The position numbers were made by a program, and so were the translations under genes. Shown here in pieces: positions 1 through 8,858 of a DNA stretch of 64,000 nt. The first letter of the stretch is position 1. Each line of letters starts with the position of its first letter. Below the pieces are notes generated by a model, which worked only from the letters and a program-made list of their open reading frames with translations, was not told where the DNA came from and made no database searches. The stretch covers positions 514 through 64,513 of the forward strand of contig JAJEJB010000003.1 of NCBI GenBank assembly GCA_022828135.1, read 5' to 3'. The DNA comes from Acidimicrobiia bacterium (GTDB taxonomy: Bacteria; Actinomycetota; Acidimicrobiia; Acidimicrobiales; Aldehydirespiratoraceae).

Positions 1-289
1 GCGTCAGTGCCATCAGCGGCAGGGAGATCCCGTCGAGGCCGAGGATGTAGCGGCTGTTGATCACCTCGATCCAGCGGGCGTCGACCACATACTGCAGGGC
101 GCCGGCGTTGCCGTAGTCGAAGTCGATCAGCAGCAGGCCGCCGATCACCATCGCCAGCAGCGACGACAGCAGGGCCAACTGCTTGAGAGCCTTCTCCTCG
201 GCGGAGGGGACCGCCATCATCACCAGCGCCCCGACCAGCGGGACGAAGGTGACCAGGGTGAGGCCCCAATCGTTGAGAAAGTCGGTCAT
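1..289 (-). CDS. nuoM: NADH-quinone oxidoreductase subunit M, N-terminal fragment (continues beyond left edge)
   Basis: Not in the ORF track because it is open at the window edge. Manual translation from the ATG (cat at 287-289) gives MTDFLNDWGLTLVTFVPLVGALVMMAV...RWIEVINSRYILGLDGISLPLMALT, a NuoM/ND4-type N-terminus. It lies 50 nt downstream of nuoL on the same strand. Confidence 0.75.
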   Translation of the reverse strand, partial: MTDFLNDWGLTLVTFVPLVGALVMMAVPSAEEKALKQLALLSSLLAMVIGGLLLIDFDYGNAGALQYVVDARWIEVINSRYILGLDGISLPLMALT

Positions 290-338
290 AACTAGGTCCT
301 CGAAGCTCCTGGGTACTGGGGGATTGCGTTCTGGGGGG

Positions 339-2507
339 TCACAGCGACAGGATGAGCATGAACACGCCGGCGAGGATGGTCGCGGCTGCGAACAGGATTG
401 CGGCGTACTGCTGGACCTTGCCGGTCTGCATGCCTCTCAGGCTCTCGCCTGCGCCGTCGGAGGCCCGGCCCGAGCCGTCCACGATGACCCTGTCGATGAG
501 GGTCTGGTCAATGTGGTCGTACACGGCCCGGCCCGCGGCCACCGACTGGCGGCCCGCCTCGTTGACGACGCCGTCGATGACCCGCTGGTTGGACCAGTAG
601 GTGGCCTTGGCCAGGGGACCCTTCACCGCCTTGACGATCACGTCGGTGTAGAGGTGGTCGAAGTAGTACTTGTTGACCAGCGCGGTGTGGACCGCCCGCG
701 GCAGCCCGCCCCGCGACACCGGACCGTCGTCAATCTCGGTCAGCTGCTCCCCCGCGGCCTCCGAGCGCTGCTGCACGCCCTTGAAGTAGTAGCGCCAGGC
801 CAGGCCCGCGCCGATCAGGGCCACCAGCACCGACACGACGGCCAGCGACCAGCTCGGTTTGGCGTGGCCGATGGCCGGGAAGTAGGCCGCCACCGGCTCT
901 ACGTAGTGACCGAAGCGCTCCTGCCAGGCCTCGGGCCACAGCTGGAAGCCCTTGGGCATGTTGAACAGCCCGGCCACCACCGCGAAGAAGGCCAGCACGT
1001 AGAGCGGCACCAGGATGCGCGGGCCGGACTCGTGGGGGTGACCATGACCCCGGTAGGTGCCGAAGAACGTGAGGTACACGACCCTGGTCATGTAGGCCGC
1101 GGTCACCGCCGCGCCCACCATGCCCATCACCAGCATGAGGATGTAGTTGCCGTTGCCGTGGGTGCCGCCGAACAGACCCCAGCCGCCGGTGCCGGCCAGG
1201 ATCTCGTCCTTGGACCAGAAGCCGGCCAGCGGGGGCAGGCCCATCAGCGCCACCGTCGCCACCAGGAACGTGCGGTAGGTGTGGGGCATGACCTTGCGGA
1301 GCCCGCCCATGTCGGTCTTCATGTCGAAGCTGTGCACGGCGTGGCTCACCGAGCCCGACCCCAGGAACAGACACGCCTTGAAGAAGGCGTGGGTGAACAG
1401 GTGGAACATGGCCGCGGTCCAGGCGCCCACGCCGAGGGCCATCACCATGTAGCCGAGCTGGCTGACAGTGGAGTAGGCCAGCACCTTCTTGATGTCGTTC
1501 TGGGTGAAGGCCAGCATCCCGCCGAACAGCAGCGTGACCGCCCCGACCAGCGCCAGCACGTTGATGCTCGAGCCGGCGATCGACATGCCCTCCCAGAACA
1601 CCGGGTAGAGGCGGGCCACCATGAAGATCCCGGCCACCACCATGGTGGCGGCGTGGATGAGCGCGGACACCGGCGTGGGCCCGGCCATGGCGTCGGGCAG
1701 CCAGGTGTGCAGGATGAACTGGCCCGACTTGGACATCACCGCGGCCAGCAGGCACAGCGACGCCACCACCAGGGCGGTGTGGCTCACCTCCCCGGCGTTG
1801 ATGCGCTCGGACAGGGTGAGGGTGTCGAAGGTGCGGCCGGCGGCGAAGAACAGGATCGACACGCCCACCAGCAGCCCGATGTCGCCGACCCGGTTGGTGA
1901 AGAAGGCTTTGAGGGCGGCGTCGGAGTTGGCCTTGTCCTCCCACCAGTGTCCGATCAGCACGAACGAGCACACGCCGACCAGCTCCCAGCCGACGATCAT
2001 CTGCAGCAGGTTGTCGCTGAGGACGAAGAACAGCATGGCCGCGGTGAACAGGCTCAGGAAGGCGAAGAAGTGGGTGTAGCGGGCGTCGCCGGCCACGTAG
2101 TCGGTGCTGTAGATGTGCACCAGCAGCGACACCGCGGTCACCACGAACAGCATCATCACCGACAGGCCGTCGAGCAGGATCCCGGCGTCGTAGGTGATGC
2201 CGCCCCAATCGAGCCACCCCACCGTGCGGTGCACGGCCTGGACGCCCTCGTGGGCGTCGTCGCGATGGCCGATCCAGGTGATGACTGCGCCCACCGACAG
2301 CACGAACGAGCCCGCGACCGCGGCGACGCCCAGTGCGGAGCCCTTGCTCCGCATGCGCTTGCCGAACAGCAGGATGCCCGCAAACGACAGGGCGGGCAGC
2401 AAAGGCACCAGCCAGGCGAAGTCGAGGAAGAACCCGGCGCTGTCGACGGAGCTGGGCCCGTAGGCGACAGTCTCCTCGGCGGCAAGCGCGGCGGCGAGCA
2501 CGTTCAC
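339..2507 (-). CDS. nuoL: NADH-quinone oxidoreductase subunit L (copy 1, EFG-less cluster)
   Basis: 722-aa polytopic membrane ORF. It has NuoL/ND5 signatures (WLPDAMAGPTPVSALIHAATMVVAGIF, AYSTVSQLGYM) and a long C-terminal region. Confidence 0.95.
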   Translation of the reverse strand: MNVLAAALAAEETVAYGPSSVDSAGFFLDFAWLVPLLPALSFAGILLFGKRMRSKGSALGVAAVAGSFVLSVGAVITWIGHRDDAHEGVQAVHRTVGWLDWGGITYDAGILLDGLSVMMLFVVTAVSLLVHIYSTDYVAGDARYTHFFAFLSLFTAAMLFFVLSDNLLQMIVGWELVGVCSFVLIGHWWEDKANSDAALKAFFTNRVGDIGLLVGVSILFFAAGRTFDTLTLSERINAGEVSHTALVVASLCLLAAVMSKSGQFILHTWLPDAMAGPTPVSALIHAATMVVAGIFMVARLYPVFWEGMSIAGSSINVLALVGAVTLLFGGMLAFTQNDIKKVLAYSTVSQLGYMVMALGVGAWTAAMFHLFTHAFFKACLFLGSGSVSHAVHSFDMKTDMGGLRKVMPHTYRTFLVATVALMGLPPLAGFWSKDEILAGTGGWGLFGGTHGNGNYILMLVMGMVGAAVTAAYMTRVVYLTFFGTYRGHGHPHESGPRILVPLYVLAFFAVVAGLFNMPKGFQLWPEAWQERFGHYVEPVAAYFPAIGHAKPSWSLAVVSVLVALIGAGLAWRYYFKGVQQRSEAAGEQLTEIDDGPVSRGGLPRAVHTALVNKYYFDHLYTDVIVKAVKGPLAKATYWSNQRVIDGVVNEAGRQSVAAGRAVYDHIDQTLIDRVIVDGSGRASDGAGESLRGMQTGKVQQYAAILFAAATILAGVFMLILSL

Positions 2508-2520
2508 GGCTGGCAGTCCC

Positions 2521-2820
2521 TCAGCCCTTGAGCAGATCGGCCTCGGTGAGGTCGATACTTCGTCGGTTGCGGTATATGAGCAGGACGATGGCCAGGCCGA
2601 TGCCCACCTCGGCCGCGGCCACCGCGATCACGAACAGGGCGAACACCTCGCCGGCCACATGGTCGCGGAAGGCTCCGAACGCCACCAGGTTGATGTTCAC
2701 CGAGTTGAGGATGATCTCGACCGACATCAGGACCATGATCCCGTTGCGGCGGGCCAGCACGCCGTACACGCCGATGCAGAACAGGATCGCGGCCAGCAGG
2801 AGGAACTGGTTGAGGATCAC
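2521..2820 (-). CDS. nuoK: NADH-quinone oxidoreductase subunit K (copy 1)
   Basis: The track ORF 2521-3258 is over-extended. The homologous part starts at GTG (cac 2818-2820): [43 protein letters not shown]...[13 protein letters not shown]. This 99-aa protein has the classic NuoK/ND4L pattern. Confidence 0.9.
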   Translation of the reverse strand: MILNQFLLLAAILFCIGVYGVLARRNGIMVLMSVEIILNSVNINLVAFGAFRDHVAGEVFALFVIAVAAAEVGIGLAIVLLIYRNRRSIDLTEADLLKG

Positions 2821-2828
2821 GGCCGCCC

Positions 2829-3368
2829 CTACTCCTTGCGGGCCACGACGATGGCGCCGATCAGGGCGGCCAGCAGCAGCACCGACACCGCCTCGAAGGC
2901 CACTATGTACTGGCTGAAGATGGCGTCGGACACCGCAGCGAAGCGCTGGGGCTCGTCGATCACCACTCGGGTGTCGGAGTAGCTGTCGATCAGTGCGATG
3001 CCCATCACCACGGCCAGCAGCACGGCCACCAGGCCGGCCATGAGCCGCTTCTCGCCCGCCACCGAGTCGTCGTCGCCCATCGAGGCCTTGGTGAGCATGA
3101 TCCCGAACAGGAACAGCACGATGATGGCGCCGATGTAGACGAGCACCTGGGTGACCGCTACGAACTCGGAGCCCAGCAGGATGAACTGGGCCGCCGCGCC
3201 GGCCAGCACCAGCACCAGCCACAGGGCGGCGTGCACGACGTTGCGGGTGGTCACACACCGGATCGCGGACACGATCATCACCAGCGCGATCACGCCGAAG
3301 AAGACGTTCTGCGCGACGAAGAGGTCGCCGCCCGCCGCGCCCGCGGCCAGCACGCCCGCCGGCGTCAT
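2829..3368 (-). CDS. nuoJ: NADH-quinone oxidoreductase subunit J (copy 1)
   Basis: The start was trimmed to the ATG at 3366-3368 ([10 protein letters not shown]...), which forms an ATGA overlap with the nuoI stop. The 179-aa product contains [46 protein letters not shown], a NuoJ/ND6 pattern. Confidence 0.9.
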   Translation of the reverse strand: MTPAGVLAAGAAGGDLFVAQNVFFGVIALVMIVSAIRCVTTRNVVHAALWLVLVLAGAAAQFILLGSEFVAVTQVLVYIGAIIVLFLFGIMLTKASMGDDDSVAGEKRLMAGLVAVLLAVVMGIALIDSYSDTRVVIDEPQRFAAVSDAIFSQYIVAFEAVSVLLLAALIGAIVVARKE

Positions 3369-3907
3369 GTCGGGGGCACCTTCAGCTTCTTGGCCACCGA
3401 TCCCGACTCGTAGTCCTCGAACTCGGGGACGGTCTCCATCCACTCCGAGAGCCGGGACATGTCGTGGAGCAGATCGGCGATGCGGGGTTCGGCGAACTCG
3501 TACTCGGGGCTCCAGAACAGAGCCTCGAAGGGGCACACGTCCACGCAGATGCCGCAGAACATGCACAGCGCGTAGTCGATGTCGAAGCGGTCGAGAATGT
3601 TGACCTGCCGGGGCTTGCCGCCGGCGCGGCGGGGCGGGGCCTTCTCCTTGTGGCCCTCGATGTAGATGCACCAGTCCGGGCATTCCCGGGCGCACAGCAT
3701 GCAGGCGGTGCAGTTGCCCTCGTGCAGGGCTATCACGCCCCTGGCTCGGGGTGGGGGCGCCTCCTTGACGTGCGGATACTGCACCGTGGCTGCGCCCTTC
3801 GACGGCGCGGGCATCAGCGTGCGCATTCCCCGCTTGGGGAACACCGTGCGCACCACCGTCGTGCCGGTGACCTTCAGCCCCTTGACCAGTCCGGGTACGA
3901 GACTCAT
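3365..3907 (-). CDS. nuoI: NADH-quinone oxidoreductase subunit I (copy 1), 2x[4Fe-4S]
   Basis: The start was trimmed to the ATG at 3905-3907 ([10 protein letters not shown]...), an ATGA overlap with the nuoH stop. Two CxxCxxCxxxCP motifs are present ([24 protein letters not shown]). Confidence 0.9.
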   Translation of the reverse strand: MSLVPGLVKGLKVTGTTVVRTVFPKRGMRTLMPAPSKGAATVQYPHVKEAPPPRARGVIALHEGNCTACMLCARECPDWCIYIEGHKEKAPPRRAGGKPRQVNILDRFDIDYALCMFCGICVDVCPFEALFWSPEYEFAEPRIADLLHDMSRLSEWMETVPEFEDYESGSVAKKLKVPPT

Positions 3908-4938
3908 CACACCACCACCTTGAGCACGCCGGTGACCACGATGTTGGCCAGGGCCAGCGGTACCAGGAACTTCCAGGCCAGGCGCTGTAGCTGGTCCTCG
4001 CGGAAGCGGGGGAACGTGAACCGGACCCAGAAGACCAGGAACGTCAGCAGCACTACCTTGCCGAACAGCACCAGCGGCCCGAGCAGATTGAGGAGGTTGT
4101 CGGCCGGATCGAGGCCGGGCACGTACCAGCCGCCTAGGAACAGCACCGCCGCAATGGCCGAGAACACGCCCGCGGTGGCGAACTCGCCGATGAAGAACAG
4201 CAGGAACCGCAGGCCCGAGTACTCGGTCATGTAGCCGGTGACCAGCTCCGACTCGGCCACCGGCATGTCGAACGGGGTCTGGGTGAGCTCGGCCTGCATG
4301 GCGATCATGAAGATGATGAAGCCGGCGAACTGGGTGATGATGAACGGGTTGCCGATCGCACCCCAGCCGAAGATCTCGCCGTTGGCCTGGGCCAGCACGA
4401 TCTCCTGGAGGTTCATGGTCTCGGCCTGGATGACCACCCCGACCACGGCCAGCAGCAGGGGCAGCTCGTAGGCGATGAGCTGGCCGGTGGCCCGCAGCCC
4501 ACCGAGCAGGGAGTACTTGGAGGCCGAGCCCCAGCCGGCCATGAGGATCCCGATCACCGACACCGAGCTGACGGCCATGGCCAGGTAGATCCCCAGATCG
4601 TTGGAGATGAACCATGCGTCGGGACCGCCCGGAAGCACGACGAGCAGCAGGAATGTAGAGGTCAGGACTACGAACGGAGCGGCCTTGAACACGAAGCGGT
4701 CGGCCCGTCTGGGAACAATGTCCTCCTTCTGGAGGAACTTGCCGATCTCGGCCAGTAGCTGGAGCGAGCCGTAGGGACCGGCCTCCATGGGGCCCAGCCG
4801 GCTCTGCATGAAGCTCACCATCTTGAACAGGTGGGCGTAGACCAGCGTGCCCGCCACCAGCAGCACGGCCACCAGGCCCGCCCCCACCCGGATCGAGGTG
4901 ACCTGCCAGTACGACAGCTCCGACAGCACTGAGATCAT
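3907..4938 (-). CDS. nuoH: NADH-quinone oxidoreductase subunit H (copy 1)
   Basis: The start was trimmed to the ATG at 4936-4938 ([12 protein letters not shown]...), an ATGA overlap with the nuoD stop. It contains [31 protein letters not shown] and [16 protein letters not shown], which are NuoH/ND1 signatures. Confidence 0.92.
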   Translation of the reverse strand: MISVLSELSYWQVTSIRVGAGLVAVLLVAGTLVYAHLFKMVSFMQSRLGPMEAGPYGSLQLLAEIGKFLQKEDIVPRRADRFVFKAAPFVVLTSTFLLLVVLPGGPDAWFISNDLGIYLAMAVSSVSVIGILMAGWGSASKYSLLGGLRATGQLIAYELPLLLAVVGVVIQAETMNLQEIVLAQANGEIFGWGAIGNPFIITQFAGFIIFMIAMQAELTQTPFDMPVAESELVTGYMTEYSGLRFLLFFIGEFATAGVFSAIAAVLFLGGWYVPGLDPADNLLNLLGPLVLFGKVVLLTFLVFWVRFTFPRFREDQLQRLAWKFLVPLALANIVVTGVLKVVV

Positions 4939-6104
4939 CGGTCGATGTCTCCGAGGATGAAGTAGAGGCTTCCGAGGATGGTGATGATGTCGGGCACGTA
5001 GACGCCCCTGAGCAGCCACGGTGTGATCGACACGTTGGAGAACGACGCCGAGCGGATCTTCACCCGGAACGGGAACAGGTCGCCCTTGGACACGACGTAG
5101 TAGCCCATCACGCCCAGGGGGTTCTCGGTCTCGACGTAGGCCTCGCCGGCGGGCACCTTGATGATGACGGGCACCTTGGCCATGATCGGCCCCGACGGGA
5201 TCCCGTCGAGCAGCTGGTCGACGATCTTGGTGGCCTCCCGGGTCTCCTGCATGCGCACCCAGAACCGGGCGAACGAGTCGCCGTCGGGATGGGTCCAGAC
5301 CTTCCAGTCGACCTGATTGTGGACCAGCCCGCACGGGCTGTCCCGGCGCACGTCCCAATCCACCCCGGAAGCCCGGATGTTGGCCCCGGTGAGGCCATAG
5401 GACAGGCCGACGTCGGGCGGGATGACGCCGATGCCGCGGGTGCGGGCCTGGAAGATCTCGTTGCCCTCGACCAGCTCCTCGATCTCGTCGCAGAAGTTGC
5501 GGATCTTGCGCATGGCCTGGCGGGTCTCGGCGATCCAGCCGGCCGGGAGGTCGTCCTTGAGGCCGCCGATGCGGTCGAAGTTGGGATGGAAGCGCCCGCC
5601 GGTGGCGGCCTCTATCTGGTTGAGGACATGCTCGCGGTCGCGGAAAGCGAAGAACACCGGGGTGATGGCCCCCACCTGCACCGCCATGTCACCCAGGAAC
5701 AGCGTGATGTTGGCGATGCGGCTCAGCTCGAAGAGGATGGTGCGGATCCATTGGGCCCGGGGCGGGGCCTCCACCTCCATGAGCCGCTCGGCGGCCAGGA
5801 TGAACGGCACCTCGTTGGCGAAGCTGCCCAGCCAGTCGATGCGGTTGATCAACGTGGTGACCTGCGGGTAGGTGCGGACCTCGGCCAGCTTCTCGTAGCC
5901 CCGGTGCATGTAGCCCATGACCGGCTCGGCCGCCACCACCTGCTCGCCGTCTAGCTTGGCCACGATGCGCAGCGTGCCGTGGGTGGCCGGATGCTGGGGA
6001 CCGATGTTGAGGGTCATGCCCTCGGTCTCGATCTCCAGGTTGACGCGGGCGTCGGCGGCCTGCGCGGCGATGTAGCTGAGCTGCTGGCGCTCGGTGACAG
6101 TCAC
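4935..6104 (-). CDS. nuoD: NADH-quinone oxidoreductase subunit D (copy 1)
   Basis: The start was set at GTG (cac 6102-6104), a GTGA overlap with the nuoC stop. It contains [17 protein letters not shown] and the C-terminal GDIDR typical of NuoD/49-kDa subunits. Confidence 0.9.
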   Translation of the reverse strand: MTVTERQQLSYIAAQAADARVNLEIETEGMTLNIGPQHPATHGTLRIVAKLDGEQVVAAEPVMGYMHRGYEKLAEVRTYPQVTTLINRIDWLGSFANEVPFILAAERLMEVEAPPRAQWIRTILFELSRIANITLFLGDMAVQVGAITPVFFAFRDREHVLNQIEAATGGRFHPNFDRIGGLKDDLPAGWIAETRQAMRKIRNFCDEIEELVEGNEIFQARTRGIGVIPPDVGLSYGLTGANIRASGVDWDVRRDSPCGLVHNQVDWKVWTHPDGDSFARFWVRMQETREATKIVDQLLDGIPSGPIMAKVPVIIKVPAGEAYVETENPLGVMGYYVVSKGDLFPFRVKIRSASFSNVSITPWLLRGVYVPDIITILGSLYFILGDIDR

Positions 6105-6811
6105 GGCTCTGCGCCTTCGGTGGCGTCCCCACCGTCGTCCGTGGTGGGCATCAGCTCGACGTCGACCAAGCCGGGCCAGGGCTTCACGCGGCGGGCCAGC
6201 AGCGGGTAGTCCTTGCGCAGCGGATGCCCCTCGAACTCGCCGGGGAGATAGATGTGGCGAAGCCCGGGGTGACCGTCGAAGTCGATACCGAACATCTCCC
6301 ACGCCTCGCGCTCGTGCCAGTCGGCGCCCGGGTAGACCTCGACCCAGCTGGGGGCCCGCAGATCGTCGGCGGGCAGGTCCGCCTTGGCGATGATGGAGCG
6401 ACCCGAGGTCACGTCATTGACCCGGGCCAGGAGCTGGAAGCGGGTGTCCCCGCCGGCCACTCCAGTCTCGGTGGGATCAGGCTCCTTGGGCTCGGGAGGA
6501 TCGAGCGCGTTGTCCACGGAGCTGTCCATGTCGCGCCCGAACGGTGACGGCATCCAGTCGATGGCCGAGAGGAAGTTGAAGAACCCGAAGCCCTCCTCGT
6601 CGCGCAGGAAGCCGGCGAGATCAGCCCAGGCGTCGCGCTCCACTCGCACCCAGACCGCGCCCTGGTCTGTGTGCGACTCGACAAGGTCGTCGCCCAGTGC
6701 GTCGCCCAGGCGGGCCAGCAGCGCTTCGGCCTCAACGTCGACAGCGGGGGCGTCGGCTTCAGCGGCTTCAGCGCCGGCTTCGACGGCGTCAGTCGACGAC
6801 AATCGGCTCAC
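6101..6811 (-). CDS. nuoC: NADH-quinone oxidoreductase subunit C (copy 1), with acidic N- and C-terminal extensions
   Basis: It contains FNFLSAIDW...[28 protein letters not shown]...HPLRKDYP, a NuoC/30-kDa pattern. The start is uncertain: GTG at 6809-6811 or TTG at 6800-6802, and both overlap the nuoB end. Confidence 0.8.
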   Translation of the reverse strand: MSRLSSTDAVEAGAEAAEADAPAVDVEAEALLARLGDALGDDLVESHTDQGAVWVRVERDAWADLAGFLRDEEGFGFFNFLSAIDWMPSPFGRDMDSSVDNALDPPEPKEPDPTETGVAGGDTRFQLLARVNDVTSGRSIIAKADLPADDLRAPSWVEVYPGADWHEREAWEMFGIDFDGHPGLRHIYLPGEFEGHPLRKDYPLLARRVKPWPGLVDVELMPTTDDGGDATEGAEP

Positions 6812-7289
6812 CCCTCCAGCGCTCCCCCATGTCCTCGTTCTGGATGCGCTCCTGCAGCATGACGATCCCCTCGAGCAGGGCCTCGGGTCGGGGCGGGCAG
6901 CCGGGCACGTACACGTCGACCGGAATGATCTGATCGACACCCTTGGTGACCGAGTAGCTGTCCCAGTAGGGACCGCCGCAGTTGGCGCACGAGCCCATGG
7001 AGATGACGTACTTGGGGTCGGGCATCTGCTCGTAGAGGCGGAGCACCGAGGGCGCCATCTTGTCGGTGACGGTGCCGGAGATCACCACCAGGTCGGCCTG
7101 CCGGGGGCTGGCGGGCAGGGGGATCACGCCAAGGCGCATGACGTCGTAGCGGGGCGAGCCGAAGGCTGCCCCCATCTCGATGGCGCAGCAGGCCAGGCCC
7201 CATTGGTACACCCACAGCGAGTACTTGCGGCTCATGTTGAGCAGCGTCGACAGGGGCTTGGGCATCTTGCCCGACTCGACTAGACCCAT
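6789..7289 (-). CDS. nuoB: NADH-quinone oxidoreductase subunit B (copy 1)
   Basis: The start was trimmed to the ATG at 7287-7289 ([12 protein letters not shown]...). The N2-cluster ligand motifs [19 protein letters not shown] and GCPPRPE are present. Confidence 0.92.
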   Translation of the reverse strand: MGLVESGKMPKPLSTLLNMSRKYSLWVYQWGLACCAIEMGAAFGSPRYDVMRLGVIPLPASPRQADLVVISGTVTDKMAPSVLRLYEQMPDPKYVISMGSCANCGGPYWDSYSVTKGVDQIIPVDVYVPGCPPRPEALLEGIVMLQERIQNEDMGERWRGEPIVVD

Positions 7290-7645
7290 CGCAGCATCCT
7301 CTTGCGCCAGGCATAGAGCAGGCCGAGGAGCAGGATGAAGATGAAGATGGCCATCTCGACCAGGCCGAACAGCGCGTAGGCCTCCAGGCGGGCGGCCCAC
7401 GGGAAGATGAACACAGCCTCCACGTCGAACAGCACGAACAGCAGGGCGAAGACGTAGTAGCGGATATTGGCCTGCGACCACATGTCCCCGATGGGGTCGA
7501 CGCCGGACTCGTAGTTCTCGACCTTTGCCGGGGTGGGGCGGGACGGCCGCAGGATGCGGCCCGCACCCAGCAGCGCGGCCACGATGACGGCGCCGAGAGC
7601 CCCGAATATGCCGACGGTCAGATAGGTGCGCAGGAACTCCGACAC
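7280..7645 (-). CDS. nuoA: NADH-quinone oxidoreductase subunit A (copy 1)
   Basis: 121-aa product with three TM segments. It contains YESGVDP...[23 protein letters not shown], a NuoA/ND3 signature. Confidence 0.9.
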   Translation of the reverse strand: MSEFLRTYLTVGIFGALGAVIVAALLGAGRILRPSRPTPAKVENYESGVDPIGDMWSQANIRYYVFALLFVLFDVEAVFIFPWAARLEAYALFGLVEMAIFIFILLLGLLYAWRKRMLRWV

Positions 7646-7688
7646 GGGCCGGAAGCTTACCGGCGAGCCAGCCCTTGACGCGTTGTCG

Positions 7689-7755
7689 CCCGCTCCTGTT
7701 CGCTGCGCTCACGGGCCGCTCGGGCCACGGCCTCGCAAGCTCGGCCTCTAGCCGA
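7689..7755. repeat. Intergenic repeat, family A copy 1 (43-nt core plus CTCGGC-ctcta-GCCGAG hairpin)
   Basis: The core cccgctcctgttcgctgcgctcacgggccgctcgggccacggc matches 12261-12303 except for one extra base. It ends in a perfect 6-bp hairpin that spans the TAG stop of the 7748-8203 gene. Confidence 0.8.
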
Positions 7756-8203
7756 GAAGCACTACTCGGCGAGCCATCCAGGCCGCGCAACCCGATAGCA
7801 GCACGGCCGGTCCCGGGCGCCAGGCCACGACCGCCAGCCGCATTGCGGTTGCGTCGCCGGAAGACGGCACCGACAGGACATTGATGATCGCGAGCACACC
7901 GAGAAGGGCCACCGCAACCGACGCCCAGTAGACCGATTGCCGCAGCCGGGGGACCATGTCGGAGGCTGGAGTCGTGCAAACCGCGACGGCCGCGCCCACC
8001 AACAGGAGTCCGGTCAGGACATTGACGTTGGTGAGCGCGCTGTGAAGGTCGTCCCACCACGGGTAGCGACGATCGATCCCGGCGTACCGGATCATCGGCG
8101 CGACCACGTGCAGCAGCGCGGTGGCCAGCAGCACCACGACCAGCACTTCCCGCGCCTCGTCCCAGGCCACCGCCAGTGGCCGCCGGTCGCGCTCGCCAGC
8201 CAT
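7748..8203 (-). CDS. Hypothetical integral membrane protein (about 4 TM)
   Basis: 151-aa ORF with clear hydrophobic helices ([44 protein letters not shown]). No recognisable family. Confidence 0.5.
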   Translation of the reverse strand: MAGERDRRPLAVAWDEAREVLVVVLLATALLHVVAPMIRYAGIDRRYPWWDDLHSALTNVNVLTGLLLVGAAVAVCTTPASDMVPRLRQSVYWASVAVALLGVLAIINVLSVPSSGDATAMRLAVVAWRPGPAVLLSGCAAWMARRVVLLG

Positions 8204-8253
8204 GATGAGAACGTACCCGCTTACACGTCAGCGGTACGTGAAGGAAGCGGGAC

Positions 8254-8274
8254 GGCCTAGAGGATCTCGAGGCC
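8254..8274 (-). terminator. Candidate hairpin terminator downstream of the STAS gene
   Basis: GGCCTAGAG-gat-CTCGAGGCC forms an imperfect 9-bp stem with one mismatch, 20 nt past the STAS stop. There is no clear U-tract, so this is weak. Confidence 0.3.
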
Positions 8275-8294
8275 TAGGTGAACAAGAGAACTGA

Positions 8295-8699
8295 TCAGGC
8301 TCCAACCCCGGCGAGCGCGTCAGCGCGCGATCCGTGGACCGGGATGATCTTGTCGAACCCGCTGATCTCGAAGATCTCCCGGATGGAATCGGACAGCGAG
8401 CAGACGGCCATCTTGGCGTTCTGCTTCTGGAGCGTCTTGGCAACTAGCAGGACCACACGCAGACCGGCGCTGCTGATGTAGGAGATGCCTTCGAAGTCCA
8501 GCACCATCCCAGTGTCGTCCGGGCTGATGGCGGCTTCCAGTGCTTCATGGAACTCAAGGGCGTTGGCACCGTCGACGCGGCCCTCAGCCATTGCTATCAA
8601 CGCTCCCCCCTGCCTGTCAGTGCTGATATTCAATGGTCCGCATCTCCTCGGTATCGCGCTCGGCCTGTCGGCCAGCCGTGGCCGCTGACTGGGCGACAT
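8295..8699 (-). CDS. STAS-domain protein (anti-sigma-factor antagonist type)
   Basis: It contains GRVDGANALEFHEALEAAISPDDTGMVLDFEGISYISSAGLRVVLLVAKTLQKQNAKMAVCSLSDSIREIFEISGFDKIIPV, a SpoIIAA/RsbV-like pattern. The track ORF is over-extended. The start is either the ATG at 8697-8699 or the TTG at 8631-8633, which is preceded by GAGGAG. Confidence 0.75.
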   Translation of the reverse strand: MSPSQRPRLADRPSAIPRRCGPLNISTDRQGGALIAMAEGRVDGANALEFHEALEAAISPDDTGMVLDFEGISYISSAGLRVVLLVAKTLQKQNAKMAVCSLSDSIREIFEISGFDKIIPVHGSRADALAGVGA

Positions 8700-8858
8700 A
8701 GTAACCCGCGCGCACGGCGCGCGCCTACCGGACGGCCACAATGGCCCATCCCGCTGCGGAGGCGCCACGCGGCGCGAGCGTCTGGCTAGGGCCCTGCGAC
8801 CGGCGGCGAAGTAGTCTCGACTCGTTGACCCATCGCCTGACCGCGGGGGGCGAGCCGA

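Noticed and set aside
183-2531. 782-aa plus-strand ORF (and several nested ORFs) opposite nuoL.
   Set aside because: It is a shadow ORF typical of high-GC DNA. The translation is low-complexity and rich in R/G/H/Q/D with no motifs, while the minus strand encodes an unmistakable NuoL. The same reasoning applies to the other long antisense or alternate-frame ORFs over nuo, bc and housekeeping genes (for example 730-2217, 16476-17855, 17854-18879, 19750-21396 and 26910-28460).
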